A stretch of DNA of 44,022 nt, taken from contig JBMFVX010000003.1 of the NCBI GenBank assembly GCA_049965775.1, forward strand, positions 1 to 44,022, given 5' to 3'. This DNA is from Phycisphaerae bacterium. GTDB lineage: Bacteria; Planctomycetota; Phycisphaerae; WQYP01. Position numbers and translations under genes: made by a program. This document shows, in pieces, positions 7,465 to 17,129 of this stretch (positions are counted from its first letter, which is position 1; each line of letters opens with the position of its first letter). Under the pieces are notes generated by a model. It was not told the DNA's origin, did not search any database, and saw only the letters and a list, made by a program, of their open reading frames with translations.

Positions 7465-8427
7465 ATGAAACCACTTTTTTGCATGGCGGGTGCGTTGGCA
7501 TTGACCGGGAGTTTGGTTGTTGGCGGGGCGGCGGCTGCGGGTGCGATCGCAGCGGATGTTGGCGCGAGCGTGCTCGGGTTTAGCGCAGGGGCTACTAGTA
7601 CGCTCGTTACTCCGTCGGCAGACGCCAGCGGAGCTTTGGGGCCGCTGGCCACCAGCGGGGGCTATGGCTACAACCCCTTTGCGTCGCAGTATAACAGCGG
7701 GTCGTTGGCTATTGTGGGTGCCGGCGGCTATGTAGATATTGAGTTGCAGAATCCGGTTGCCGGGAACGGTTACATCGGCATTTTTACCAATGCGGCCTTT
7801 GATGCGGTAAATCTAGCAAGCACTGGGGCGCAGCCACTCACGGGCGGCTATGCCGCGGGCGTCTCTCCGGCTGTTGGAGAATATTCTACGCTGTCGCAGG
7901 CTGTTATTAAGGTAGGCTATGTTCCCAACGGCAGCACCAGCGTGCCAACGTCGCTTTCGGCCTTGGCTGGTGGCAACACAGTGGCGCTGGATGTGCCTAG
8001 CAATTATTACAATGACACCAAGGTAATCGTGGCGAGTGGCAGCTACGGAGGCTATGTAAGTGTCGGCAATGGCTCGCAGATTGCCAGCCAGGCCATACCG
8101 TACTATGCAGCTCCAACTGCAGTCGAGACGGCTGCAGGCGAGTACGATTCGCTTGCTCCGCTGGCTAATCAAACGTTGGCGGGCATAGAGAGCGCGTTTG
8201 GCGGCGGTGCGGGTGGAACGTGGCTGCCGATTGGCTTGTCAGCTTCGCAGCAAATTAATTTTATTCAATTAAGCGTGCCCACCGGCGATGCGTTAATTCT
8301 TGATTCGGTCGCGGCTGCCCCCGCGCCCGAACCGGCATCTCTGTTGCTTTTGGCTATCCCCATGATGGCGCTACCCTTGCTGCGGCGGCGCATGGATAAG
8401 GCTTCGCGAACAGAAAGGACCTGCTGA
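7465..8427 (+). CDS. PEP-CTERM secreted/surface protein
   Basis: Signal peptide MKPLFCMAGALAL; C-terminal APEPASLLLLAIPMMALPLLRRR; AAGGAAAGG RBS. Confidence 0.88.
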   Translation: MKPLFCMAGALALTGSLVVGGAAAAGAIAADVGASVLGFSAGATSTLVTPSADASGALGPLATSGGYGYNPFASQYNSGSLAIVGAGGYVDIELQNPVAGNGYIGIFTNAAFDAVNLASTGAQPLTGGYAAGVSPAVGEYSTLSQAVIKVGYVPNGSTSVPTSLSALAGGNTVALDVPSNYYNDTKVIVASGSYGGYVSVGNGSQIASQAIPYYAAPTAVETAAGEYDSLAPLANQTLAGIESAFGGGAGGTWLPIGLSASQQINFIQLSVPTGDALILDSVAAAPAPEPASLLLLAIPMMALPLLRRRMDKASRTERTC

Positions 8428-8429
8428 CC

Positions 8430-9170
8430 ATGGTACGCAAAGGCTTCACTCTTACCGAATTGCTGGTGGTGTTAGCAGTAATGGCAATTTTGATTGCGCT
8501 GCTGCTGCCGGCGCTGGCGGCCGCCGAGGCCGATGCCCAGTGTGCCGTATGCTTAAGCAACCTGCGGCAACTGGGCATAGCGGCCCAGACCTATACGGTG
8601 AGTTGCGAAGGGTTTTATCCGCTGGCGTATGAGGGCGGGGGTAATCCGTCGTGGGCACTTGATACAGCGGTCAATCCGCAAACGGGGCAGCGAACGTATG
8701 AACCGGGCATCATGTGGCTGGGCGCAGCGAACATTAACGTCATGGTGTGTCCGGCGGTGCAGCAGAACCCGGCGATCGGGCAAATGGTGTATGGCTATAA
8801 TTACAACACCAGCTACATCGGCCATGGCGATCTTGAGGTTAATCCAATGCCGGCACGCGTTACCGATGTGCGTTCGCCCAGTACTTGTGCGCTGTTTGGC
8901 GATGGGGGCTATTGGGGCGGCATCAATTACTTTATGCGCGCACCTGACCGGCTAAGTCCGGTGCCGCCCAATGCTGATGCCGTGCAGCCCAACGAGCGGG
9001 CCGCCGGCACACAGGCGTTTCGTCATATCAACGCCACGAATGTGGCCTACTGCGATGGCCATGCGGGCACCCAGCACGATCGCTACACCCTCACCGAGCC
9101 AACGCCGGCGGTGGTTGGCACGGGCACAGGGTTTTTGTCGGCGGATAATTCGGCGTATCAAACGTATTAA
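8430..9170 (+). CDS. Prepilin-type N-methylation / H-X9-DG (DUF1559-like) protein
   Basis: RKGFTLTELLVV, CLSNLRQLGIA, YGYNY and RHINATNVAYCDGHA motifs. Confidence 0.92.
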   Translation: MVRKGFTLTELLVVLAVMAILIALLLPALAAAEADAQCAVCLSNLRQLGIAAQTYTVSCEGFYPLAYEGGGNPSWALDTAVNPQTGQRTYEPGIMWLGAANINVMVCPAVQQNPAIGQMVYGYNYNTSYIGHGDLEVNPMPARVTDVRSPSTCALFGDGGYWGGINYFMRAPDRLSPVPPNADAVQPNERAAGTQAFRHINATNVAYCDGHAGTQHDRYTLTEPTPAVVGTGTGFLSADNSAYQTY

Positions 9171-9308
9171 TCGGGCGCAACTCGCAGGTGGCCGTGCGGC
9201 ATACCCGCGAGCAAACGAGATTGGCGTCGTAAGAAGATTGATCAGGCGATTGTGAGGTACGCCTACCCTGTATTTTACCGTTACGCAGGCGAGCGGCTGC
9301 TGAATCGT

Positions 9309-10748
9309 TTAAGGCTGGTCGAAAAATGCGAGTATTGGTTTGCTCTCGATGTGGCGTTTAAGTACCAGCGCCAGTTCTAAGGCGTGGTAGTCACCCCACA
9401 TGCTGCTTTCACCGCAGGGAATTTTGCGGCCCGGCGGTATGTAATCCCATCCGTTGGGGCGGTGGTATACGCTGTGCAGAATCAAGCCTTGATGGTCGCT
9501 CTGAAGACTTAAATACGGCTCTTGAAAAAGCGTATGGGCAATGCAAAGCGCTGCGTGGTGGTAGCGCCTTGCGGCTGCCGCGTCGGTACCTGCCAGCACG
9601 CGTCCTAACCGAAAGAATCCCTGGCCGGCAATGGCGGCAGCGCTGGAATCAATAGGTTCGTGATCGTTATGCGGGTCGCTCATGGCGCCGTGGTAGCGAA
9701 CGGGCCGCGGCAAATCGGGGGCGCCGGCATCCCAGTACACCATGCCATCATCAAAGCTGTGTTCAATATACCAATCGGCGGTAGAGCGTGCGGCATTAAG
9801 GTAGATCGCTTCCACATTCGTCTGTACTGCATCAGGTGTGGCGGCAGGATCAATATCCGCCCCGAGAGTGGTCCAGTCTTTTGCGGCAAGGGTGTGCAGA
9901 AATTCTAGCTGCTCGGCAAAGCCCAGCAAAATCCAGGCGAGGCCGCGGGTCCACGTGCTGAAGGGCGAATAGCCCTGTTGGCTGCTCGGGCAACGGTAGC
10001 GGCCGTCGTTGGTATTGAAGATGGACTCGTGTACGACGCGGCCGGACTCAAAATCGTAAATGTCGCGGCCCTGGCCATAGTAGACATTGTACTTGGCGGT
10101 GGCCATGGCATGGCGCACCGCCCGGCCCAGCAGGTTAATGCCGACATCGTTTTCGCCCGCCAACGAATGCCCAAGCTGCCAGGCTACCACCAGTGAACGC
10201 AGCGAGCGGATGGTATCACTGAAAAGTGAATGCGGGCCATTAAAGGAATAGATATATCCACCATCAAATAGGGTCGGCTTTTCGGCGGGGTTGGCGGGAA
10301 TGGCGGTCCAGCGATGGGCCTGCACGGCGCCGCTGGCTTTTAGTGCAAGCTCCAGCATATTGAGCGCGGCTGCGTCGTGGGGAATGCGGCCTTCGCGCAT
10401 CAGCCTGCGCCAGTTGCCATAGGTTGAAATATTATTAAAGCCGTGGTCATGCACACCCGTGTGTGACACATGCGTCGGCATAACCGCCATGATAGACTTG
10501 CACGCCGCCGCCAGAATCGCCTGATCGCCGGTCGCGTCGAACACCAGCAGCGGCATGCCAAGTTGAAAGCCGTGGGTCCACTGCGTCCAGTTGCGCGCTT
10601 TATAGCGGCCTTTGGCCGTGTACACGGGGGCGCCGTCGGCATGGTTCCACGAGGCCGCCAGAGATCGTACCTTGTCGGCGGCGAGCGAAAACACCCTGTC
10701 AAGCAGGGCCGCGGAAAGGCCATTGCCGGCATGTTCGAGGTTCTGCAT
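9309..10748 (-). CDS. Glycoside hydrolase family 88-like (unsaturated glucuronyl hydrolase) protein
   Basis: WTQWTHGF, HDHGF, QGYSPFSTWTRGLAW, DSSAAAI and WGDYH motifs. Confidence 0.8.
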   Translation of the reverse strand: MQNLEHAGNGLSAALLDRVFSLAADKVRSLAASWNHADGAPVYTAKGRYKARNWTQWTHGFQLGMPLLVFDATGDQAILAAACKSIMAVMPTHVSHTGVHDHGFNNISTYGNWRRLMREGRIPHDAAALNMLELALKASGAVQAHRWTAIPANPAEKPTLFDGGYIYSFNGPHSLFSDTIRSLRSLVVAWQLGHSLAGENDVGINLLGRAVRHAMATAKYNVYYGQGRDIYDFESGRVVHESIFNTNDGRYRCPSSQQGYSPFSTWTRGLAWILLGFAEQLEFLHTLAAKDWTTLGADIDPAATPDAVQTNVEAIYLNAARSTADWYIEHSFDDGMVYWDAGAPDLPRPVRYHGAMSDPHNDHEPIDSSAAAIAGQGFFRLGRVLAGTDAAAARRYHHAALCIAHTLFQEPYLSLQSDHQGLILHSVYHRPNGWDYIPPGRKIPCGESSMWGDYHALELALVLKRHIESKPILAFFDQP

Positions 10749-10759
10749 AAAAACAGTGA

Positions 10760-11746
10760 TTAACCTTGAAAATAGGTGGCTTTTTTGATGGCATCGGCCA
10801 CACGGTTCACGCCGGGCACCACATGGTTAAGCAGCGGCTTGCTGTAAGGCATGGGCACATCGAGCGAGGCCACGCGCACCACATGGTTGTCGAGATCGTC
10901 AAAGCAGGTTTCCTGCACCAGTGCGGCGAGTTCAGCGCCCATACCACAGGTGGGGTAACCTTCTTCAACGGTTACGCAATAGCCGGTTTTACGAACCGAT
11001 TCAGCAATGGTTTGCAAATCGAGCGGTCTCAATGATCGCGGGTCTACCACTTCAACATCCATGCCGTGCTCTTTGGCAAGCATATCTGCGGCGGCCAGAG
11101 CGGTCAGGCAGCCGTGCCCCCAGGCAATGACAGTGCAGTCTTTGCCGGGGCGTTTAATATCGGCTTTGCCGAAGGGGATGGTGTAATCGTCATCGGGCAC
11201 TTCGCCGCGGTTGCCATACATGGCTTCATTTTCAAGAAATATGACGGGGTCATCATCGCGAATGGCTGTTTTGAGCAGCCCCTTGGCGTCGTAAGGCGTG
11301 GTTGGAATAACAACCTTAAGACCGGGCACATGGGCATAGAGAGCGTCTACCGTCCACGAGTGTGTGGCGGCAAGCTGCTGCCCCGGGCCGGAAATGCCGC
11401 GAAACACGATGGGCACCTTGAACTGACCGCCCGACATATACCGCATTTTAGGAGCGTTGTTGACAACCTGGTCAAAGGCAACGAGCGAAAAGGAAAACGT
11501 CATAAACTCTATGATCGGCCGCATGCCGACCATGGCCGCGCCGATACCCAAACCGGCAAAGCCCGCCTCTGAAATGGGCGCATCCACGACGCGTTGCGGG
11601 CCGAATTTAGCCAGCATGCCCTGGGTAACTTTGTAGGCGCCATCGTATTCGGCGACTTCTTCGCCAATGATAAAAACATCGGGATCGCGCTGCATTTCTT
11701 CGCACATGGCATGGTTGAGCGCTTCTCTAAACTGAATGACGGACAT
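10760..11746 (-). CDS. pdhB: Pyruvate dehydrogenase E1 beta subunit
   Basis: GEEVAEYDGAYKVTQG, DAPISEAGF, EFMTFSF and YMSGGQ motifs. Confidence 0.93.
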   Translation of the reverse strand: MSVIQFREALNHAMCEEMQRDPDVFIIGEEVAEYDGAYKVTQGMLAKFGPQRVVDAPISEAGFAGLGIGAAMVGMRPIIEFMTFSFSLVAFDQVVNNAPKMRYMSGGQFKVPIVFRGISGPGQQLAATHSWTVDALYAHVPGLKVVIPTTPYDAKGLLKTAIRDDDPVIFLENEAMYGNRGEVPDDDYTIPFGKADIKRPGKDCTVIAWGHGCLTALAAADMLAKEHGMDVEVVDPRSLRPLDLQTIAESVRKTGYCVTVEEGYPTCGMGAELAALVQETCFDDLDNHVVRVASLDVPMPYSKPLLNHVVPGVNRVADAIKKATYFQG

Positions 11747-11821
11747 AATGATTTTTTCCTCACATTGTGGGGCTTTAACGCCCGCATCGTGGTGTTAATA
11801 ATTGCGGCAACTGCTGCACTC

Positions 11822-12838
11822 TCAGGTTTGGTAGGGGCCAAACGGGTTGCTGTAAATGTCTTTCCAAACGTCGTCGGGCTGGGGGAACGGGTCGCTGTCG
11901 GCCTGCTGATGGGCGGCCTCAACATGGTTGTGAATTTCCTGGTTGATGGCTTCGATTTTTTTGTCGTCAAGAATACCTTTATCGCGGAGTACTTTTTCGA
12001 GTCGGCCGATGGGGTCGTGGGCCTGAAATTTCTCAACCTCTTCCTTGGCGCGATACTTCTGGGGGTCTGACATGCTGTGGCCGCGGTAGCGATAGGTCTG
12101 CACGTTCAGAAATATTGAGCCGTTGCCCTGACGGCAGTATTCCGCGGCGTCGAGGGTCATGCGGTACATGGCGAGGCAGTCCATGCCGTCAACGTCCTTG
12201 CCCGGAATGCCATAAGCGTCGCCGGTGCGCAGCTTCAGGTCGGTAATGGCCGAGGCCCGGTGTAGATGGGTGCCCATGCCGTACTTGTTGTTTTCTACCA
12301 GAAAGATGATGGGGAGTTTGAAGAGGCCTGCGAGATTAAACGCTTCGTGCAAGGAACCCTGGTTCATCGCGCCGTCGCCGAAGTAGCACAGCACGACGCG
12401 ATCTTCCTTGCGGTATTTAATGGACCAGCCGAGGCCCACCGCCAGCGGAATGTGGCCGGCAACAATGGCGTGCCCGCCGAAAAAATTGCGTTTATGGTCG
12501 AAAAAGTGCATCGAGCCACCCTTGCCATGAGAGCAGCCGGTGGCCTTGCCGTAAAGCTCGGCAAAGAGCGGATGAATATCGCAGCCACGGGCGATGGCGT
12601 GGCCATGGTCGCGGTACGCGGTAATAACATAGTCGTTGGGGCGCACCGCGCCGATGCTGCCGACGGCAACCGCTTCCTGACCGTTATAAAGATGGCAGAA
12701 GCCGCCGATTTTTTGCTGTTGGTAAGATTGAGCGCAGCGTGTTTCAAACTGGCGAATCAGGGACATCTGCTTATACCACTCGAGAATTTGAGCGGTGGAG
12801 GGTTCGGTTTTTTGATTCTGCTCGACCAATGTAATCAC
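11822..12838 (-). CDS. pdhA: Pyruvate dehydrogenase E1 alpha subunit
   Basis: GFCHLYNGQEA, GKGGSMH, FGDGA..QG, ENNKYGMGT and YRYRGHSMSDP motifs. GTG start at 12838 with GAGGAAG RBS. Confidence 0.95.
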   Translation of the reverse strand: MITLVEQNQKTEPSTAQILEWYKQMSLIRQFETRCAQSYQQQKIGGFCHLYNGQEAVAVGSIGAVRPNDYVITAYRDHGHAIARGCDIHPLFAELYGKATGCSHGKGGSMHFFDHKRNFFGGHAIVAGHIPLAVGLGWSIKYRKEDRVVLCYFGDGAMNQGSLHEAFNLAGLFKLPIIFLVENNKYGMGTHLHRASAITDLKLRTGDAYGIPGKDVDGMDCLAMYRMTLDAAEYCRQGNGSIFLNVQTYRYRGHSMSDPQKYRAKEEVEKFQAHDPIGRLEKVLRDKGILDDKKIEAINQEIHNHVEAAHQQADSDPFPQPDDVWKDIYSNPFGPYQT

Positions 12839-13264
12839 GCAGTCTTCCTCTGGAAAAAACAACCAATGTGCCGCACCACCAAGGTTCGGCGAGCCTTGCA
12901 CGTTCCGCAAAGTATATCGGCCGTCGGGGCTAGCCCGCAGCTGGTTTTGCGTCCATCCGTGGATGCCGATGGTACCACCCCTGAATCCGCGGCGGGGCGT
13001 AAGGCCACCTTACGCGTCACGCCTAAAGTTTATACTATTTTTGGCGGCAATGCTATCGCAAAGCGGGGGTTTGCGCGCGGGGTTTTTCGAGCAATGGCAC
13101 CGAAGTGGCCTCGGAGGTTAATGTGCGGCCGGTGCTTGCCAATGGAGGTTGGCTCGGTCGGGTTTCGCTTGGGCTGCCATTGCGTGGCTGACATAAATAG
13201 TATAGCATTAAACCAAGAGAGAGATGGGAACGCATTGGGGCGTTGGTTGGGTGTGGAGTTGACG

Positions 13265-13768
13265 ATGAATCGCGGTGAAAAACATACAAGCAGCAAACTC
13301 GCAAACCGTTTGACGGTGATGTATCCGCCGGAGGAACTGCCGCGGCAGCTTTGGCTGCAGATGATGCGCACGTTTTCGCGCATGCACCGTCGAATTGAAA
13401 TTGCTCTGGACCTTCACGGTCTTACTTTGGCGCAATTTGATGTGCTCGTGGCTCTGCGCGGGGCCGAGGGGCTGCGCCAGCAAGATTTGGCCCGCCACCT
13501 GTTGGTAACAAAAGGCAATGTGTGCCTGGTGCTGGACCGCATGCAGGCCAATGGCTGGGTGGAGCGGCGGCCGGACCCGGACGATGGCCGGGCGCACCGG
13601 CTGTATTTGACGCCGCAGGGTAAGGCGCTGGTTACCCAGGCGATTCCGACGCAGCGGGCCTTGGTGCAGCAGGCAACGGAGCAATTTTTGCCGTCGGAGC
13701 AGCAATTGCTGCTGCGACTGTTGGAGCGATTTGAAGCCGGGCTTATCGGTGAAGAAGCAAGTGGTTAA
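13265..13768 (+). CDS. MarR-family transcriptional regulator
   Basis: [16 protein letters not shown]...VTKGNV and [14 protein letters not shown]...LTPQG motifs. Start after GGAG; the upstream extension of the long ORF is spurious. Confidence 0.9.
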   Translation: MNRGEKHTSSKLANRLTVMYPPEELPRQLWLQMMRTFSRMHRRIEIALDLHGLTLAQFDVLVALRGAEGLRQQDLARHLLVTKGNVCLVLDRMQANGWVERRPDPDDGRAHRLYLTPQGKALVTQAIPTQRALVQQATEQFLPSEQQLLLRLLERFEAGLIGEEASG

Positions 13769-13839
13769 GGCGTTTACCGGGCGTTGGCGCGTGGCCAATG
13801 CCGGCAGCGCTTTGTGTTATTTATAAGGAGTGCCAAACA

Positions 13840-14460
13840 ATGGCTACTAAAGTTCACGTCGTTTTTTACAGCATGTATGGGCATCTATACACAATGGCCG
13901 AGGCGGTTGCATCCGGGGCGCGGGAAGTGCCTAACACCCAGGTGCAGCTTTTTCAGGTGCCGGAGCTGATTCCTGCGGATGTATTGGAAAAACACGGAGC
14001 GGCTGCGGCCCGGGCGGCGTTTGCGCATGTGCCGGTGATTAAGCCCGAACAATTGGCGGAGGCGGACGCGATTATTTTTGGAACCCCGACGCGGTTTGGC
14101 AACATGGCCGCGCAGATGCGCAACTTTTTAGACCAGACCGGGCAACTGTGGTTTAAGGGCTCGCTGATTGGCAAGGTTGGCAGTGTATTTGCGAGCACGG
14201 CGAGCCAGCACGGTGGACAGGAAACGACCATCACGAGCTTTCATACGACGCTGCTGCACCATGGCATGATTATTGTTGGCGTGCCATACTCGCAGCAGGG
14301 CCTGCTGGCGATGAACGAAATCAGCGGCGGCTCGCCGTATGGCGCCACCACGCTGGCGGGCGGCGATGGCAAGCGCACGCCCAGCGCCAATGAATTGGCG
14401 ATTGCGAAATTCCAGGGCAAACATGTGGCCGAGATTGCGGCCAAACTGGCGGCAAAGTAA
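13840..14460 (+). CDS. wrbA: NAD(P)H:quinone oxidoreductase
   Basis: [24 protein letters not shown] and GGSPYGA motifs; AAGGAG RBS. Confidence 0.96.
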   Translation: MATKVHVVFYSMYGHLYTMAEAVASGAREVPNTQVQLFQVPELIPADVLEKHGAAAARAAFAHVPVIKPEQLAEADAIIFGTPTRFGNMAAQMRNFLDQTGQLWFKGSLIGKVGSVFASTASQHGGQETTITSFHTTLLHHGMIIVGVPYSQQGLLAMNEISGGSPYGATTLAGGDGKRTPSANELAIAKFQGKHVAEIAAKLAAK

Positions 14461-14495
14461 CGATCGAGCCTGTGAAAACGGGCTTGGGACAAATG

Positions 14496-14545
14496 AAAAA
14501 GCCCCGGCAATAAGTTGTTGTTACGCAACCGTTGCCGGGGCTTTT
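14496..14545. terminator. Bidirectional rho-independent terminator between wrbA and tRNA-Ala
   Basis: AAAAAGCCCCGGCAA...TTGCCGGGGCTTTT inverted repeat with A and T tails. Confidence 0.75.
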
Positions 14546-14549
14546 GTCA

Positions 14550-14622
14550 TGGAGGCAAGGGGACTCGAACCCCTGACCTTCTCGATGCCATCGAGACGCT
14601 CTCCCAACTGAGCTATGCCCCC
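14550..14622 (-). tRNA. tRNA-Ala(GGC)
   Basis: GGGGGCATAGCTCAGTTGGGAGAGCGTCTCGATGGCATCGAGAAGGTCAGGGGTTCGAGTCCCCTTGCCTCCA. Cloverleaf with G3:U70 and anticodon GGC; CCA tail not encoded. Confidence 0.97.
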
Positions 14623-14637
14623 TGGGTCGAACGTAAA

Positions 14638-14666
14638 ATGCTATCCGAACGCGGGTGCGCGGTCAA
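14638..14666 (-). promoter_or_regulatory. sigma70-like promoter of tRNA-Ala
   Basis: Minus strand TTGACC-17 bp-TAGCAT, 15 bp upstream of the tRNA. Confidence 0.65.
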
Positions 14667-14766
14667 GATTGCATAAAATACGGTGCCAACAAAAAATAAG
14701 CGGCCGGTTAGAGGCCGGCCCCTGCCGAACGTTTTATGTTTCCGGTTCATCCGTTAGAATCGGCGT

Positions 14767-16347
14767 ATGAATACGACTGAAAAACAGATGCTGGAAACCA
14801 TTCCGATTTTAGATTTTGGATCGCAGTATGTGCAGCTTATAGCGCGGCGGGTGCGCGAAGCCGGGGTGCATGCGGTGCTGGTGCGACCGGACATAACGGC
14901 GGACGAATTGCGGCGCTTATCGCCCATCGGGCTGATTTTATCGGGTGGGCCGGCGAGTGTGTATGAGGCCGAGGCGCCCAAATGCGACCCGGCGATATTT
15001 GACATTGGTGTGCCGGTATTGGGCATCTGCTACGGCATGCAGATTTCAGCGCAGGTACTGGGCGGATCGGTGCGTGCGGGACATGCCGGCGAGTATGGCG
15101 CGGCCCGATTGCGCGTGCGCACGGATGGGGCTGAGGGAACAATGGCCCAGGACCTCTTTGCCGGCATACCCGACGAAACGGGTGTTTGGATGAGCCACGC
15201 CGATCAGGTGCAGGATTTAGGCTCGGACTTTGTGGCGCTGGCGTCCACGGCCGCGTGCCCGATGGCGGCGCTGCGGCACCGTACACGGGCGGTGTTTGGC
15301 GTGCAATTTCATCCGGAGGTGACACATACGCCGCATGGCGGCAAACTGCTGGAAAACTTTTTGTACCGGGTTTGTAAGGCGTCGGGTTCGTGGAAAATGG
15401 GGAACTTTGTGGAAATTGCCGTCGAAAAAATTCGGCGGCAGGTGGGCCACGGCAAGGTTATTTGCGGGCTCTCGGGCGGGGTTGATTCGGCAGTGGCCGC
15501 AGCTCTATTGCATCGGGCGATCGGCGATCAACTGGTGTGCATTTTTGTGGACAACGGTTTGCTGCGCAAAAATGAGCGGCACAATGTTGAAAGCACCTTT
15601 CGGGATCATTTCAGGATAGATTTACGGACGGTGGACGCGGGCGATCAATTTTTAGATGCGCTGGCGGGGGTGACCGAGCCGCAGGAAAAACGCAAAGTGA
15701 TAGGTCGGCTTTTTATAGATGTGTTTAAGCGTGAGGCAAAGGGCATTACCGATGCACGATTTTTAGCGCAGGGCACGTTGTACCCGGATGTAATTGAGAG
15801 CGGTCAGGGGTATGCCCGCACTGCGGCTAACATAAAGTTACATCATAATGTGGGGGGGCTGCCGGCGGAACTTGGGTTTGAACTGGTGGAGCCGCTGCGC
15901 GATTTGTTTAAAGATGAGGTTCGTCGGCTTGGGGAAGTGCTGGGATTGCCCGAGCATTTGGTATGGCGGCATCCGTTTCCGGGGCCAGGTTTGGCGGTGC
16001 GGTGCATAGGCGAAATTACGCGTGAGCGGCTGGATTTGCTGCGGCAAGCGGACGAAATTTTTCTTGAGGAGATCGTGTCGGCGGGATTGTATCGGAGCAC
16101 GTCGCAAACCTTTGCGGCATTGCTGCCGGTATCGAGCGTGGCTGTGATGGGCGACGGCCGCGGTTACAAGCCGGTGATCGCGCTGCGCAGCGTTGACTCG
16201 ACGGACTTTATGACCGCGGATTGGAGCCGCATACCGTACGATGTGTTGGCGCGTGTGAGCAATCGTATCGTCAACGAAGTTCGGCAGGTAAGTCGGGTGG
16301 TGTACGATATCACCAGCAAACCGCCGGGCACGATTGAATGGGAGTAG
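14767..16347 (+). CDS. guaA: GMP synthase (glutamine-hydrolysing)
   Basis: LDFGSQY, GICYGMQ, QFHPEV, SGGVDS and KPPGTIEWE motifs. Confidence 0.98.
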   Translation: MNTTEKQMLETIPILDFGSQYVQLIARRVREAGVHAVLVRPDITADELRRLSPIGLILSGGPASVYEAEAPKCDPAIFDIGVPVLGICYGMQISAQVLGGSVRAGHAGEYGAARLRVRTDGAEGTMAQDLFAGIPDETGVWMSHADQVQDLGSDFVALASTAACPMAALRHRTRAVFGVQFHPEVTHTPHGGKLLENFLYRVCKASGSWKMGNFVEIAVEKIRRQVGHGKVICGLSGGVDSAVAAALLHRAIGDQLVCIFVDNGLLRKNERHNVESTFRDHFRIDLRTVDAGDQFLDALAGVTEPQEKRKVIGRLFIDVFKREAKGITDARFLAQGTLYPDVIESGQGYARTAANIKLHHNVGGLPAELGFELVEPLRDLFKDEVRRLGEVLGLPEHLVWRHPFPGPGLAVRCIGEITRERLDLLRQADEIFLEEIVSAGLYRSTSQTFAALLPVSSVAVMGDGRGYKPVIALRSVDSTDFMTADWSRIPYDVLARVSNRIVNEVRQVSRVVYDITSKPPGTIEWE

Positions 16348-16428
16348 CCGCGGCGGCGTGCTCGGGCAGACTTCCGGTGGGAGACTTTTTTCCGTTTGCC
16401 TGGTAGTGCCGTAAGGGAAGCCATTTTT

Positions 16429-16893
16429 ATGAGCCAAAAAGCATCTGTCCATCCGCATGATGTGGGTTTGCCGCCGGAGGTTGTTGGCAAGCGCAAGCGC
16501 TTTCGGGGCATTGGCTACGTGATGCTGCTGATTGCGGTGCTTACGGCGGTTCCGGGCTGGGGCATTTATGGCGTGTCATTTTTAGACCCGTATAAAATGC
16601 ACGGCAAACCGTTGATGCAGGCTGCCGTGGGTTATTCGCTTCTGATTGTAAGCAGTATTACGCTGGTGCTGGGACTTTGGTATTTGCTGCTGGCTCAGGT
16701 GCGCAGACTGGCGCGCATGGTGGAGGGGCCGGTGGTGCCTGAAGTTGCTCCGCCCCAGCCTCGGTGCGGCAATTGTGGCTGGCCGTGCGACGTTCCTGAC
16801 CGATTTTGCCGGCATTGCGGTAAAGCGCTTGGTGGCGTAAGTGGTGCGGGTGGATTGGGGGTGGGAGCTCCGGGCAAGGTCGGCGGAGGATGA
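16429..16893 (+). CDS. Two-TM membrane protein with C-terminal zinc ribbon
   Basis: Two hydrophobic helices; CGNCG...FCRHCG. Confidence 0.75.
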   Translation: MSQKASVHPHDVGLPPEVVGKRKRFRGIGYVMLLIAVLTAVPGWGIYGVSFLDPYKMHGKPLMQAAVGYSLLIVSSITLVLGLWYLLLAQVRRLARMVEGPVVPEVAPPQPRCGNCGWPCDVPDRFCRHCGKALGGVSGAGGLGVGAPGKVGGG

Positions 16894-17129
16894 AGTTGCG
16901 GCGGATTGTCGGCGGGTTACCATCGGGGAGGCTGTGGACATATGCAGTGCCGCGGGCCGGTCGCCAAAAATAATTATAACGCGTAACGAGTTGAGCAAAT
17001 AGCCGGAAAGCATTTGCGGTGCTTGCCGTCAGAGGCTTTCGCCTCCACAATAGGCTGGTTCTTTGCGGGACGCTTGCGAGTGTGGCCGCGATGCCAAAAC
17101 GTTTTAGGTAACCGGGGATTCGAACTTAA

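Noticed and set aside
12266-13264. N-terminal 333 aa of the 500-aa ORF 12266..13768
   Set aside because: It is the antisense shadow of pdhA plus intergenic DNA; only the C-terminal MarR portion is real.
14461-16400. Integrative element at tRNA-Ala or at the guaA 3' end (both known integration hotspots)
   Set aside because: No integrase and no duplicated att sequence are visible in the window.
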